Assembly (NCBI GenBank): GCA_963709345.1
Contig: CAVPVX010000002.1
Coordinates: forward strand, 192,001-256,000
Reading direction: 5' to 3'
Origin: an uncultured Actinomycetes bacterium
Lineage (GTDB): Bacteria > Actinomycetota > Thermoleophilia > UBA2241
DNA length: 64,000 nt
Part shown: piece after piece, positions 9,931 to 19,091 of the stretch
How the letters are laid out: each line of letters begins with the position of its first letter
Position numbering within the stretch: the first letter of the stretch is position 1
The notes under the pieces: generated by a model
Told to the model about the DNA's origin: nothing
Seen by the model: the letters and a program-made list of their open reading frames with translations, nothing else
Databases searched by the model: none
Position numbers and translations under genes: made by a program

Positions 9931-12900
9931 CGACGGCCCCCTTCTTAGGCGATCCCTGAAGGGCGACGACCGGCTCGAGCAACGGGTGCTCACGCTGGCG
10001 ATCGCGCGTCCAGGCGGAGACCCCACACGCGTAGCGGACGTCGCAGTAGTCACAACGGCCGCGCGTCGTGCGCGGGAACATGCCCTGGTCGACCAGGGAG
10101 ACCGCGCTGGCCACCAAGTCGCGAAGACGCTCGGCGACGGCGGCCTCCCCGTCGCGCAAAGCGAGGTCCTCAAATCCGCCACGACGTGTGACGAGCCGGT
10201 ACGCGCACTCGACAGCCGCCGGCTCCGTGGCGGCACCCGGCCACACACCCTGCCCGGCATCGGACCACAAGCGCTCTCCGGCCTGGCGAACAGCCAGCTG
10301 ATACACCGGTAGCTGCACGCTGAGCCCGTCCTTGATGCGGCTCTTCTCCGCGCCGCCGCGACCTGTCTTGTAGTCGATGACGCGGGCGCCGCCGCAAGTG
10401 ACGTCGATGCGGTCGAGGCGGCCGGCAAAGCGGACGACCCGCGTCTCGGAAAGCTCCAGGACGGTTGGCCTGTCGACAGACTCACCGAAGCTCCACTCCG
10501 CACCTACGGGACGACCGTCGCCGCGAGCGAAGACCGGATCGCGACGGACCGTCTCGAGCAGGTCTTCGCGCAGCATGTCGCGGCGGACCTCCCAGGAGAG
10601 GGTCGCCCCGGTGACTCCGCGGTGCTCGGCCTCGGCGCAACACGTCTCCCACGCGGCGGCGAGCGCGGCGAGCGCATCCGCAAGCTGCAGACCCTCTCCG
10701 ATGACGGTCTGGTAGGCACGCTGCAAGATGGCGTGCGCCAGGTTGCCGAACTCGCGCGGGTCCATCTCGAGGGCATCGTCGGGCTCGATGGGAGCATCGA
10801 GCCCCAGCACATCGCGCAGGAAGAAGGCGAACGGGCAGCTTATGTAGCGCTCGAGGCGCGTGGAATGCATCTCGGCATCGAAGGGATGGCGCGCGGCGAG
10901 CGCAGACCGGGCGTCGCGGCCGAGCAGGCCGTGCCAGGCGCCCGGCTCCAGGCTGCGCGAGGCGCGCCAGGCGCCGAGGCGACGTGCGGCCGCGGCAGGA
11001 TCGCCCAGCACGGCCGTGAGATACGCCTGGGCAGCGGTGCGGCGGCCGCGCTCCGAGAGCGCGAGCAGCGCGGCCGTGTCGCGCTCGCGTTGGTCCACCC
11101 AGACCACGTCGGCACCATGGATCGGTGCGCCACCGGCGTGGCGCCAGACCGGAAACAAGGGCACGCCACTCGAGAACTCGCTCAGCCCGACCGGACGGCC
11201 GAAGCTGAGAGAGGCCAGGCGCAGGAGCAGTCGAGACGGCAGGCGAGGTCGCCCCGTCGCCGAGTCGGTACGCGGCGCAAGCAGCACCAGCCTCTCTCGC
11301 GTCGCCTCACACGCGAACGCGAACAACAGCAAGGACTCGGCGTCCCGTTGTTCGGCGAGCGGAACCCGCATGCCCGTCGTCTCGGCCAGCCGGCGCCTCT
11401 CGCCGTCGCCGAGAATCGGATCGGGCCGGCCACGTGCAGGGAAGCCCCCCTCGGCGAGGCCCGTGAACACCACCGTGTGAAAGCTGAGCCCGCGCATCTG
11501 CAGAGGCGTGAGCACCGCGACCCCGTCGCGCCCCACACGCCCCATGGGGACGCTCTCCCCGGACATGAGCTCGCGGAGCACGACCACCACATCGAGAGCG
11601 TCCACCTCCTCCTCGAGGACGTCCAGTGCGCGCAGCCGCCCGACGGCGTCACGAGCCGCCGCGCCCGCCACGGGCTCGAACAGTTGCTCGAAGAGCCGGG
11701 CAAGAGCCTCGGCCCATGCGCTCCAGGAGTCGCGGACCGGGAGGCCGTCGCAGGCGCGCGCGAGCGCGCCCACCCCGGCCTCCAGGCCGCGCGCCGCGCG
11801 CAGCCGCAGGCGCCTGGTCTCGACCCTCTCAGCTGCCTCCGGATCATCTGACTCCACCTCGGAGGAGCGAGCCTCGAGCTCCATGATCCGGCGCTCCAGC
11901 CCTCGCCGCCGCCGGCCCAGACGATCCGTCCACTGGTCGAGCCCGGCTACGACTCCCGCCTGCCGGGCCTCGTGCACCCAGAGCGCCGCGTCGCACGACT
12001 CCGCCGCCACCTTCCTCAACGGCGCCGCCACCAGCATGTTGACCACGGCACGCCGCGCGAACGACGGGCCCGCGAGAGGCGCCAGGCACTCCGCCAGCGC
12101 GAGCAGAAGGCGCGGACCCGCGGACCGATCCGCAACGCCGGCGGCGACGGGTAGCCCAGCCGCTAGAAGTGCCGAGGCCACACGCTCCACATCGTCGCCA
12201 TGGGGCACCACCACAGCGCACTCCCACAGCGACGCTCCTCCGACCGCCGCAGCAAGGACCTCCCGCACGGCCTCGCGGGTCTCGGCGCGTTCGTCCGATG
12301 CAGACACCACCTGCAGCGTGCCGTCGCCTCCCAGATCCAGGATGGGATCCGTGCCCTGCACAAGAGGGTCGCGCCAGAGGGCCGACACCCGATCGCGATC
12401 GTGTTGCCCCGGCGGTTCACCCAACCGGCGCTCCGAGAGGCCCGCCGAGACCGCTGCGGCGAGCATGGTCGCACTGCTTCTCGCCGCGCCCTGCGGCACC
12501 GGAACGTACACGTGCGCTCCATCAGCCAGAAGCGCCGAGACCAGCGCCTGCTGCGCCTGATTGAGGTCGTAAACACCAAACAGGATCGTCGTCTCGGGGG
12601 CGCGACCGCCCGCGACGGCGCGCGCGGCCACGAGGTGCGCCCCAGCCCCGTCAAGAAGTCCGCGCTCGTCCAGCGTGCGGCAGTAGCCACGGTACAGCCG
12701 ATCGAGATCCGTCGCCTTGGCGCAGACGCCGACCGCGGGACTACCGACGCCGCGTGCCTTTGCGCCGGCCGTGCCGGCCACGGCCTCCGCCCACGCTGAG
12801 CCCGGCTCGATGCAGGCCTCCCGCAGATCGGCGATCGTCGCCGCCACGGCCTGCGCGAAGTGCGGTCGCTCCAGAACTGGGGCGAAGTACTCCAGATGAC

Positions 12901-13225
12901 GGCCCTCGTCCGCGACGAGGCGCCGCACGAACCGCTCGCGGGCGATGCCCGTGAGCACGGCCGGCGGCGCCCCACGCTCGGCGGCCACCAGATCGGCGGC
13001 CAGCCCCGCCAGCGTGACCACGGTGACGTTGGCCACGGCGCCGAGCCGCCGCACCAGGAGGTCGCCGACCCGCGTGCGTGCCGCGCCCGAGCCGACGACG
13101 ATGGTGAGCGGCGCGAGAGGACGGCCGCGCCGGAGCTCGTGCACGTGCTCGCAGAGCGCGTCCTCGAGCTCCCTGAAGCGGCCGCTGATCAGCAGCCCGT
13201 GATGTGCGTCGCCCCCGCCGGTCAT
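9920..13225 (-). CDS. addB: AddB-type subunit with Fe-S nuclease domain
   Basis: Degenerate helicase-like body, LERYISCPF, GRLDRID, IDYKTG, CDYC..RYAC; overlaps addA start. Confidence 0.82.
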   Translation of the reverse strand: MTGGGDAHHGLLISGRFRELEDALCEHVHELRRGRPLAPLTIVVGSGAARTRVGDLLVRRLGAVANVTVVTLAGLAADLVAAERGAPPAVLTGIARERFVRRLVADEGRHLEYFAPVLERPHFAQAVAATIADLREACIEPGSAWAEAVAGTAGAKARGVGSPAVGVCAKATDLDRLYRGYCRTLDERGLLDGAGAHLVAARAVAGGRAPETTILFGVYDLNQAQQALVSALLADGAHVYVPVPQGAARSSATMLAAAVSAGLSERRLGEPPGQHDRDRVSALWRDPLVQGTDPILDLGGDGTLQVVSASDERAETREAVREVLAAAVGGASLWECAVVVPHGDDVERVASALLAAGLPVAAGVADRSAGPRLLLALAECLAPLAGPSFARRAVVNMLVAAPLRKVAAESCDAALWVHEARQAGVVAGLDQWTDRLGRRRRGLERRIMELEARSSEVESDDPEAAERVETRRLRLRAARGLEAGVGALARACDGLPVRDSWSAWAEALARLFEQLFEPVAGAAARDAVGRLRALDVLEEEVDALDVVVVLRELMSGESVPMGRVGRDGVAVLTPLQMRGLSFHTVVFTGLAEGGFPARGRPDPILGDGERRRLAETTGMRVPLAEQRDAESLLLFAFACEATRERLVLLAPRTDSATGRPRLPSRLLLRLASLSFGRPVGLSEFSSGVPLFPVWRHAGGAPIHGADVVWVDQRERDTAALLALSERGRRTAAQAYLTAVLGDPAAAARRLGAWRASRSLEPGAWHGLLGRDARSALAARHPFDAEMHSTRLERYISCPFAFFLRDVLGLDAPIEPDDALEMDPREFGNLAHAILQRAYQTVIGEGLQLADALAALAAAWETCCAEAEHRGVTGATLSWEVRRDMLREDLLETVRRDPVFARGDGRPVGAEWSFGESVDRPTVLELSETRVVRFAGRLDRIDVTCGGARVIDYKTGRGGAEKSRIKDGLSVQLPVYQLAVRQAGERLWSDAGQGVWPGAATEPAAVECAYRLVTRRGGFEDLALRDGEAAVAERLRDLVASAVSLVDQGMFPRTTRGRCDYCDVRYACGVSAWTRDRQREHPLLEPVVALQGSPKKGAVDGS

Positions 13226-13321
13226 GGTCGTGGCGAGAGTATCACGCGGCTCAGACGGAGCGCCCGGCCGCTCGGCGGCCCTGCGGCGTCGGCTCGCTGC
13301 CGCCGCCTCCGGCACTCTCGC

Positions 13322-13837
13322 TCAGGTGAGATCAACCACGAGATCCGCGTGCTCGGGGTACGTCGCCAGGAGCGCTTCGCGCTCGCCCAACTCGAAGTCG
13401 TCGTAGAGGAAGCCCGGGCTCACGATGCACGTAACGAGTGCCCAGGCGCGAGAGGCCGGCAGGTGCGGGCCGCCCGCAAGGCGGGCGCCCTGCCAACTGC
13501 CGGCCGGCACCAGCACCTGCGGGGACCATGCCTCGTCGCCCAGTCCCGGCTCTTCCACCCCGCCGAGGACGTGTCGCTTCGCCGCGCCGGCCTGATCCAG
13601 GGTGACCAACTCCAGAGGCAGACCGGCCTGGAACACCCACAGCTCGTCGCTGCACAGCCTGTGCAGCCGGCTCACTGCCGAGCCCGTGACCATGAACAGG
13701 ATCGCGGTACTCGCGGGTCGCTCGCCGCGCGCCGCGTCGACCTTGTGCCCGGCGCGATAGGTCTCGCGGAAGAAGCCGCCCTCCGGGTGCGGAGCGAGGC
13801 GCAGAGCTGCGGCGATCTCGGTGGCGGACGGTCTCAC
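13322..13837 (-). CDS. cupin domain protein (DUF985/Cupin_5-like)
   Basis: L.PHPEGGFFRETY, STAI.F, HRL.SDELW, VPAG.WQ, C.VSPGF..DFEL. Confidence 0.8.
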   Translation of the reverse strand: MRPSATEIAAALRLAPHPEGGFFRETYRAGHKVDAARGERPASTAILFMVTGSAVSRLHRLCSDELWVFQAGLPLELVTLDQAGAAKRHVLGGVEEPGLGDEAWSPQVLVPAGSWQGARLAGGPHLPASRAWALVTCIVSPGFLYDDFELGEREALLATYPEHADLVVDLT

Positions 13838-13961
13838 GAGGTGAGCATACCCGCCCGAGCCGGCCCCGCCGAGGCCGAAGACCATCGGCGGGGCCGGCGC
13901 ACCCGTGCGTGACAGCATGGATCGTGCGCCGCACCGCTCACCGGGCGGCCCATCTTCTCCC

Positions 13962-14981
13962 ATGACGACTCCCGCCTCGACTCCCCACACACCCGCTCCC
14001 GCCCGCACCGCGAGACGCCGCGGGACGGTCGCCCTCGGCCTGCTCTGTCTCGTACTGGTCGGCGTCGTCGCGGTGGTGCTGGTCAATCGCGGCAGCGACT
14101 CACCCGCCGCGGCCAAGCCGCCCTTCGTGCGCACCGACCGCGCCGTCAAGGCGGAGATGCTCGAGAACCTCGAGAAGCCGCCTCGTCTGCTCCTCTTCGG
14201 CGGCTCCCGCGCCACGCGGTTCGAACCCTCCTACCTCGAGCGGCTCACCGGCCTCCGCGGCTTCAATCTTGCCCTGCAGAACGGCCGCCCCGAGGACGCC
14301 TGGGCCTTCACCAACTTCATCCGCACGCTCGACCCCGACGCCAGATTGCGGGTCGTGTGGTTCGAGCACGTCGAGGCGTTCCGCGAGCAGGGCCTCTCCG
14401 CCGGGCTGGTGCAAGACCCCGATCTGGCACGCTGGTTCCCGCCCGACCTCGTCGCCCGAGAGCGCCGCAAGTTGCCCAGGACGGCCGCGGAGGCTCCCAA
14501 GGGCCGTGACCTGGCTCTCACGGAGTACAGCCCCGACGGCGCCGTCACGCGCAACCGGTACGACCTTGCCATGGAACGGGGTCGCACACTCAAGCGTGGA
14601 GTCGATCTTTCCATCGCCCAGGCGCTGGAGCGCTACGGCACGACGACTCCGGCGCTCTTCCCCCGGTCGCAGCGCTACTTCGAGAAGACGGTCCGGCTGT
14701 TCAACGACATGGGAGCGACTCCCGTCATCGTGTTCATGCCGCTCCACCCTCGCCTGCTGGCCGCGGTGCACCCCGCAGGTTTCGACGAGCGCCGCCGCAC
14801 GGTGATGGCCTACCTGCGTCGCCTGCAGAAGTCCCTCGACTTCACGGTACTGGACCTCACCGAGCTCTCGACCTTCGGCGGCGACCCCAGAGGCTTCTAC
14901 GACGGCTTTCACATCCGGCGGGCCAACGCGAGGCTGATGCTGGACGAGATCGTGAAGCGGGCGCCCGGCGCCTTCAAGTAG
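13962..14981 (+). CDS. membrane-anchored SGNH-like (DltD/AlgJ-like) protein
   Basis: N-terminal TM helix, block I FGGSRA, C-terminal FYDGFH (DxxH). Confidence 0.6.
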   Translation: MTTPASTPHTPAPARTARRRGTVALGLLCLVLVGVVAVVLVNRGSDSPAAAKPPFVRTDRAVKAEMLENLEKPPRLLLFGGSRATRFEPSYLERLTGLRGFNLALQNGRPEDAWAFTNFIRTLDPDARLRVVWFEHVEAFREQGLSAGLVQDPDLARWFPPDLVARERRKLPRTAAEAPKGRDLALTEYSPDGAVTRNRYDLAMERGRTLKRGVDLSIAQALERYGTTTPALFPRSQRYFEKTVRLFNDMGATPVIVFMPLHPRLLAAVHPAGFDERRRTVMAYLRRLQKSLDFTVLDLTELSTFGGDPRGFYDGFHIRRANARLMLDEIVKRAPGAFK

Positions 14982-15012
14982 AGGCGGGGCGCAGCGCGGA
15001 CGCCAGGCAATG

Positions 15013-15049
15013 GAAAGGCCCCTCCTCCAGCTGGAAAGAGGGGCCTTTC
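15013..15049. terminator. bidirectional terminator downstream of rnpB
   Basis: GAAAGGCCCCTC...GAGGGGCCTTTC hairpin. Confidence 0.75.
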
Positions 15050-15438
15050 GGTAGCAAGCCGTAAGCCGGATCCTGTCGTGGGTGACCATCCATCTGGGAC
15101 TGCCCGTTGCCGGCGCCTCGTGCGACCGAAACCCGGGAGCCTCGGGCGAGCAACCCTCAAGCGCTCCCCTATTTGGTCTTGCACCGGGCGGGGCTTGCCG
15201 AGCCGGCCTGTCACCAGGACCGCTGGTGAGCTCTTACCTCACCGTTTCACCCTTACCCGCACCCCTCGAAAGGGGCCGCTGGCGGTCTGCTCTCTGTTGC
15301 GCTTTCCCTCGGGTTTCCCCGGCTGGCCGTTGAGCCAGCGCCCTGCTCTGCGGTGTCCGGACTTTCCTCGACGGGGAGCCTCACGCGCTGCGAACAGACA
15401 CGCGACGCGACCCCACCGCGGCCACCTGGCTTGCCTCC
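15050..15438 (-). ncRNA. rnpB: RNase P RNA (bacterial type A)
   Basis: Minus strand has GAGGAAAGTCCGG, GGAAAGCGCAACAGA, GGTGAAACGGTG, GCAAGACCAAATAGGG, AGATGGATGGTCACC, ACAGGATCCGGCTTA; P1 GGAGGCAAGCC/GGCTTGCTACC. Confidence 0.95.
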
Positions 15439-15680
15439 TGAGTGTACCATCCGGGCGCGTGTGCCAGACGTCAGCCTCGAAGAGCACGACACCCGACAGA
15501 CCGCGGAGGTCCGCGTCCGCAGTGACGGGCTCGCACGGCCGCAGGCGAGCCGTTGCGTAGATCATCGCGTGCGCCATGAGGGGACCTCCTGTTCGATCTC
15601 CTCGATCACACGAGACCGCTATCGATGCTTCAACGGCATGACGCCAGTGAGTTCGATTGATGGTCTCGGGCCGCTGCGAG

Positions 15681-16430
15681 CTACCCCCGCACGTCCGCGC
15701 TGAGCTCCGACGCCGCGGCCTCGTCGAGCAGCCATGTGAGCGCGCCGTGCACCGGCGAGACGCCCTGGGCCGGCACGGCCGTCGGCACACGCAGGCCCTC
15801 CAGCACTTCGGCCACCATGCCGGACTTCTCGGGGCCGGTCACCAGGAACCAGACCCGGCGCGCCGCGTTGATGACCGGCGCAGTCACGGTGAGCCGCGGC
15901 GAGCCGTCCGGAGCTTCCGTGGCGACACAGAACCGCTCCTCTTCAGCCAGCGCGTCGCTGTGCGGGAAGAGCGAGGCAGTGTGTCCCTCTCTCCCCAAGC
16001 CGAGCACCACGAGGTCGAACACCGGCACCTCGGCGCGCGGCCGCTCCTGGGCGGCGAGGCCGCGCAGCTCGGCGTCGTACGCCTCCGCGGCCACATCGGG
16101 CGCGTCCTCACCGCGCATCCGATGCACGTTGGCCTCGGCGATAGGAACGTGCTTGATGAAGGCGTCGCGCGCCATCGCATAGTTGCTCGCAGGGTCATCC
16201 GACGGCACGCAGCGCTCGTCACCCCAGTAGAGCTGCACGCGCCGCCACGGGATCTTCTGGCTGAACTGCTGGCGCGCCAGCAGGCGGTAGAGGGCGCGCG
16301 GCGTCTCACCCCCGCTGAGCGCGACGGCGAAGCGGCCGCGTGCCGCCGCAGCCTCCTGCGCCGCTGAGGCGAGCAGGTCGGCGGCCCGCAGCGCCACCGC
16401 TTCGGCGTCGGGAAGGATCTCAAGGCTCAT
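15681..16430 (-). CDS. pgl: 6-phosphogluconolactonase
   Basis: ALSGGETP, WGDERCVP..SNY, LGLG.EGHTASLFP. Confidence 0.92.
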   Translation of the reverse strand: MSLEILPDAEAVALRAADLLASAAQEAAAARGRFAVALSGGETPRALYRLLARQQFSQKIPWRRVQLYWGDERCVPSDDPASNYAMARDAFIKHVPIAEANVHRMRGEDAPDVAAEAYDAELRGLAAQERPRAEVPVFDLVVLGLGREGHTASLFPHSDALAEEERFCVATEAPDGSPRLTVTAPVINAARRVWFLVTGPEKSGMVAEVLEGLRVPTAVPAQGVSPVHGALTWLLDEAAASELSADVRG

Positions 16431-16494
16431 GTCGACCTCCTGGTCGTGTCGTCAGCTGATGGCAGGGACCGCCGGCGCCGGCGCTCACCGGCCG

Positions 16495-18150
16495 TCACGG
16501 CCGCCGCCAGGTGTGACCGTCGGCGGCGATCAACGCGTCCGCGGCCTCCGGTCCCCACGTGCCGGCGTCGTAGATGGGCAGCGGGCGGGACGGCGTCGGC
16601 CCCCAGGCATCGAGTACGGGCTGCATGATGCCCCAAGCCTGCTCGACCTGGTCGCCGCGCGTGAACAGCGTCATGTCGCCTTCCATCGCGTCGACCAGTA
16701 CCGTCTCGTACGCGCTGAAGGGCAGTTCGTTCAAGGCGCTCCCGTACGAGAAGTCCATGGCCACAGGCTGCAACGCAACCGCGTGGCCGGGGACCTTCGA
16801 CTCGATGCGGAGGCTGAAGCCCTCGCGCGGCTGCACGCGCAGCACGAGGGCGTTCGGCACCAGCCCGACGCCGGCACCGCCGCTGTCGCGGAACATCGTG
16901 ACCGGCGGTCGCTTGAACTGGATCGCGATCTCGCTGACCTTGCGCGCCATCCGCTTGCCGGTGCGCAAGTAGAACGGCACGCCGTGCCAGCGCCAGTTCT
17001 CCACCAGCAGCTTGATCGCGGCGTAGGTCTCCGTGTGAGAGCCGGGCGAGACACGTTCCTCTGAGCGAAAGGCCGGAACCGCTTCACCGTCGACGAGACC
17101 CTGGACGTACTGGCCGCGGACGGCGAAAGCCTCGACCTGATCGGAAGGGATCGGTCGCACGGAGCGCAGCAGCTTCATCTTCTCGTCGCGCACCGAGTCG
17201 GCCGCGAACGTCACCGGCGGCTCCATCGCCACCATCGTGAACAGCTGGATGAGGTGCGGCGTGATCATGTCGCGCAGCGCGCCGGCCTCCTCGTAGTAAG
17301 GACCTCGGTGCTCCACGCCGAGCGTCTCCGCCGCAGTGATCTGGACGTGGTCGACGAACTCGCGGTTCCAGATCGGCTCGAAGATGGCGTTGGCGAAGCG
17401 CAGCACGAGGAGGTTCTGCACGGTCTCCTTAGCCAGATAGTGGTCGATGCGGCACACCTGGCTCTCGTCGAACACCCCGGCGATGATGCGGTTGAGCTCG
17501 CCCGCCGTCGCGAGGTCGTGGCCGAACGGCTTCTCCACGACGAGGCGGGTCCACCCGGCGACGGGTTCGCCGCCGGCGTGGTCCGCGTCGGCGGCGCCGC
17601 GCCGCGCGAGACCCGCCGCGCCCAGCTGCCGGACGATCACCGGGAACTGGCTCGGCGGCGTCGCGAGGTAGAACATGCGATTGCCCTCGGTGCCCTGCTC
17701 CAGATCGAGACCGTCGAGCGTCTCGCCGAGACGGCGGAAGCCATCCGCATCGTCGAACCCGCCCTGGATGTAGCGCGGGGCGCGGAGCACCATGCTGCAG
17801 GCGGCGTCGGCGGCCTCCCGCTCCCCGTAGAACGCGTCGATGGAGTCGGTGACGAGCTGCGTGAATCCCTCGTCGCCCAGCGGCTTGCGCCCGTAGCCCA
17901 CCAGCGCCAGACGGCGCGGCAGCACGCCGTGACACGCGAGATCGTAGAGCGCGGGGATCAGCTTGCGATGCGCGAGATCCCCCGTCGCGCCGAAGATCAC
18001 GAGGCTGCAGGGCGGCAGCTCTCCGACGCCGCAGAAGGGCGACGCGGGCTCGGCGTCCGGCTGTCTGCCCGTCACGAGCAGGCCGTCGTCGTCGCCCCAG
18101 CCGCCGGCATCCTCGTAGCTCAGGTGGCCGGTGTCGCGGCTCACGCTCAC
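16495..18150 (-). CDS. zwf: glucose-6-phosphate 1-dehydrogenase
   Basis: IFGATGDLA, VEKPFG, RIDHYLAKE, GVPFYLRTGK. Confidence 0.95.
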   Translation of the reverse strand: MSVSRDTGHLSYEDAGGWGDDDGLLVTGRQPDAEPASPFCGVGELPPCSLVIFGATGDLAHRKLIPALYDLACHGVLPRRLALVGYGRKPLGDEGFTQLVTDSIDAFYGEREAADAACSMVLRAPRYIQGGFDDADGFRRLGETLDGLDLEQGTEGNRMFYLATPPSQFPVIVRQLGAAGLARRGAADADHAGGEPVAGWTRLVVEKPFGHDLATAGELNRIIAGVFDESQVCRIDHYLAKETVQNLLVLRFANAIFEPIWNREFVDHVQITAAETLGVEHRGPYYEEAGALRDMITPHLIQLFTMVAMEPPVTFAADSVRDEKMKLLRSVRPIPSDQVEAFAVRGQYVQGLVDGEAVPAFRSEERVSPGSHTETYAAIKLLVENWRWHGVPFYLRTGKRMARKVSEIAIQFKRPPVTMFRDSGGAGVGLVPNALVLRVQPREGFSLRIESKVPGHAVALQPVAMDFSYGSALNELPFSAYETVLVDAMEGDMTLFTRGDQVEQAWGIMQPVLDAWGPTPSRPLPIYDAGTWGPEAADALIAADGHTWRRP

Positions 18151-19052
18151 TCCTTCTCCTGCACAGCGTGCCCTCCGAACTCGTTGCGCAGGGCCGCGAG
18201 CACCTTGCCGCTGAACGTGTCGGGCTGGCGGGAGCGGAAGCGCGCGAAAAGGGCCGCGCTGATGGCAGGCATGGGCACGGAGTGAGCGATCGCCTGCTCG
18301 ACGGTCCAGCGTCCCTCTCCGGTATCCTCCACGTACCCCGTGATGTGCTCGAGGCCCGGGTCCTTCTTCAGAGCGCCCGCGGCGAGTTCGAGGAGCCAGC
18401 TGCGGACGACGCTGCCCTGGTTCCAGAGGTCGGCGATGGAGGCGAGGTCCAGATCCCAGTCGGTCGCCTCGAGCAGCTCGAAGCCTTCGGCGTACACCTG
18501 CATCATGCCGTACTCGATACCGTTGTGGACCATCTTGACGAAGTGGCCGGATCCGTGGCCGCCAGTGTACTCGTAGCCGTGACCGGGCGGGGCCAGGGTC
18601 TTCAGGACGGGCTCGACATGATCGAAGGCTGAGCGCTCGCCCCCGACCATGAGGCAGTACCCTACCTCAAGCCCCCACACTCCGCCGCTCGTTCCCGCGT
18701 CGAGGTAGCGGATACCTTGCACGCTCAGGGCGGCGCCGCGCTCGATGTCGTGCTGGAAGGGGGAGTTGCCCCCGTCCACGAGGATGTCTCCCTCGGCGAG
18801 CAGCGGCGCCAGCTGGTCGATCGCCGCCTGGGTCGCGTCGCCGTAAGGGAGCATCAGCCAGATCACGCGCGGCGCGGGCAGCGCCGCGACGACGCCGACG
18901 AGATCGCGGATCGGCTCGGCGCCCTCCGCCCCCAGCTCTTCGGCTTTCGCGAACGTGCGGTTCCAAACGACCACCCGATGGCCGCCGCGCAGCAGGCGCC
19001 GCGCCATGTTGCCGCCCATGCGACCCAGCCCGACCATGGCAACGTCCATCAC
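18147..19052 (-). CDS. gnd: 6-phosphogluconate dehydrogenase (decarboxylating, short type)
   Basis: GLGRMG, DGGNS, DAGTSGG, GHFVKMVHNGIEY, ALRNEFGGH. Confidence 0.95.
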   Translation of the reverse strand: MMDVAMVGLGRMGGNMARRLLRGGHRVVVWNRTFAKAEELGAEGAEPIRDLVGVVAALPAPRVIWLMLPYGDATQAAIDQLAPLLAEGDILVDGGNSPFQHDIERGAALSVQGIRYLDAGTSGGVWGLEVGYCLMVGGERSAFDHVEPVLKTLAPPGHGYEYTGGHGSGHFVKMVHNGIEYGMMQVYAEGFELLEATDWDLDLASIADLWNQGSVVRSWLLELAAGALKKDPGLEHITGYVEDTGEGRWTVEQAIAHSVPMPAISAALFARFRSRQPDTFSGKVLAALRNEFGGHAVQEKE

Positions 19053-19091
19053 GACCTCCTCGTCCGGCCGGGCCCACCCGGCGCCGCGGAC

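Noticed and set aside
6466-13225. Helicase-nuclease pair as a novel defence system
   Set aside because: Motifs and gene order match ordinary AddAB recombination repair.
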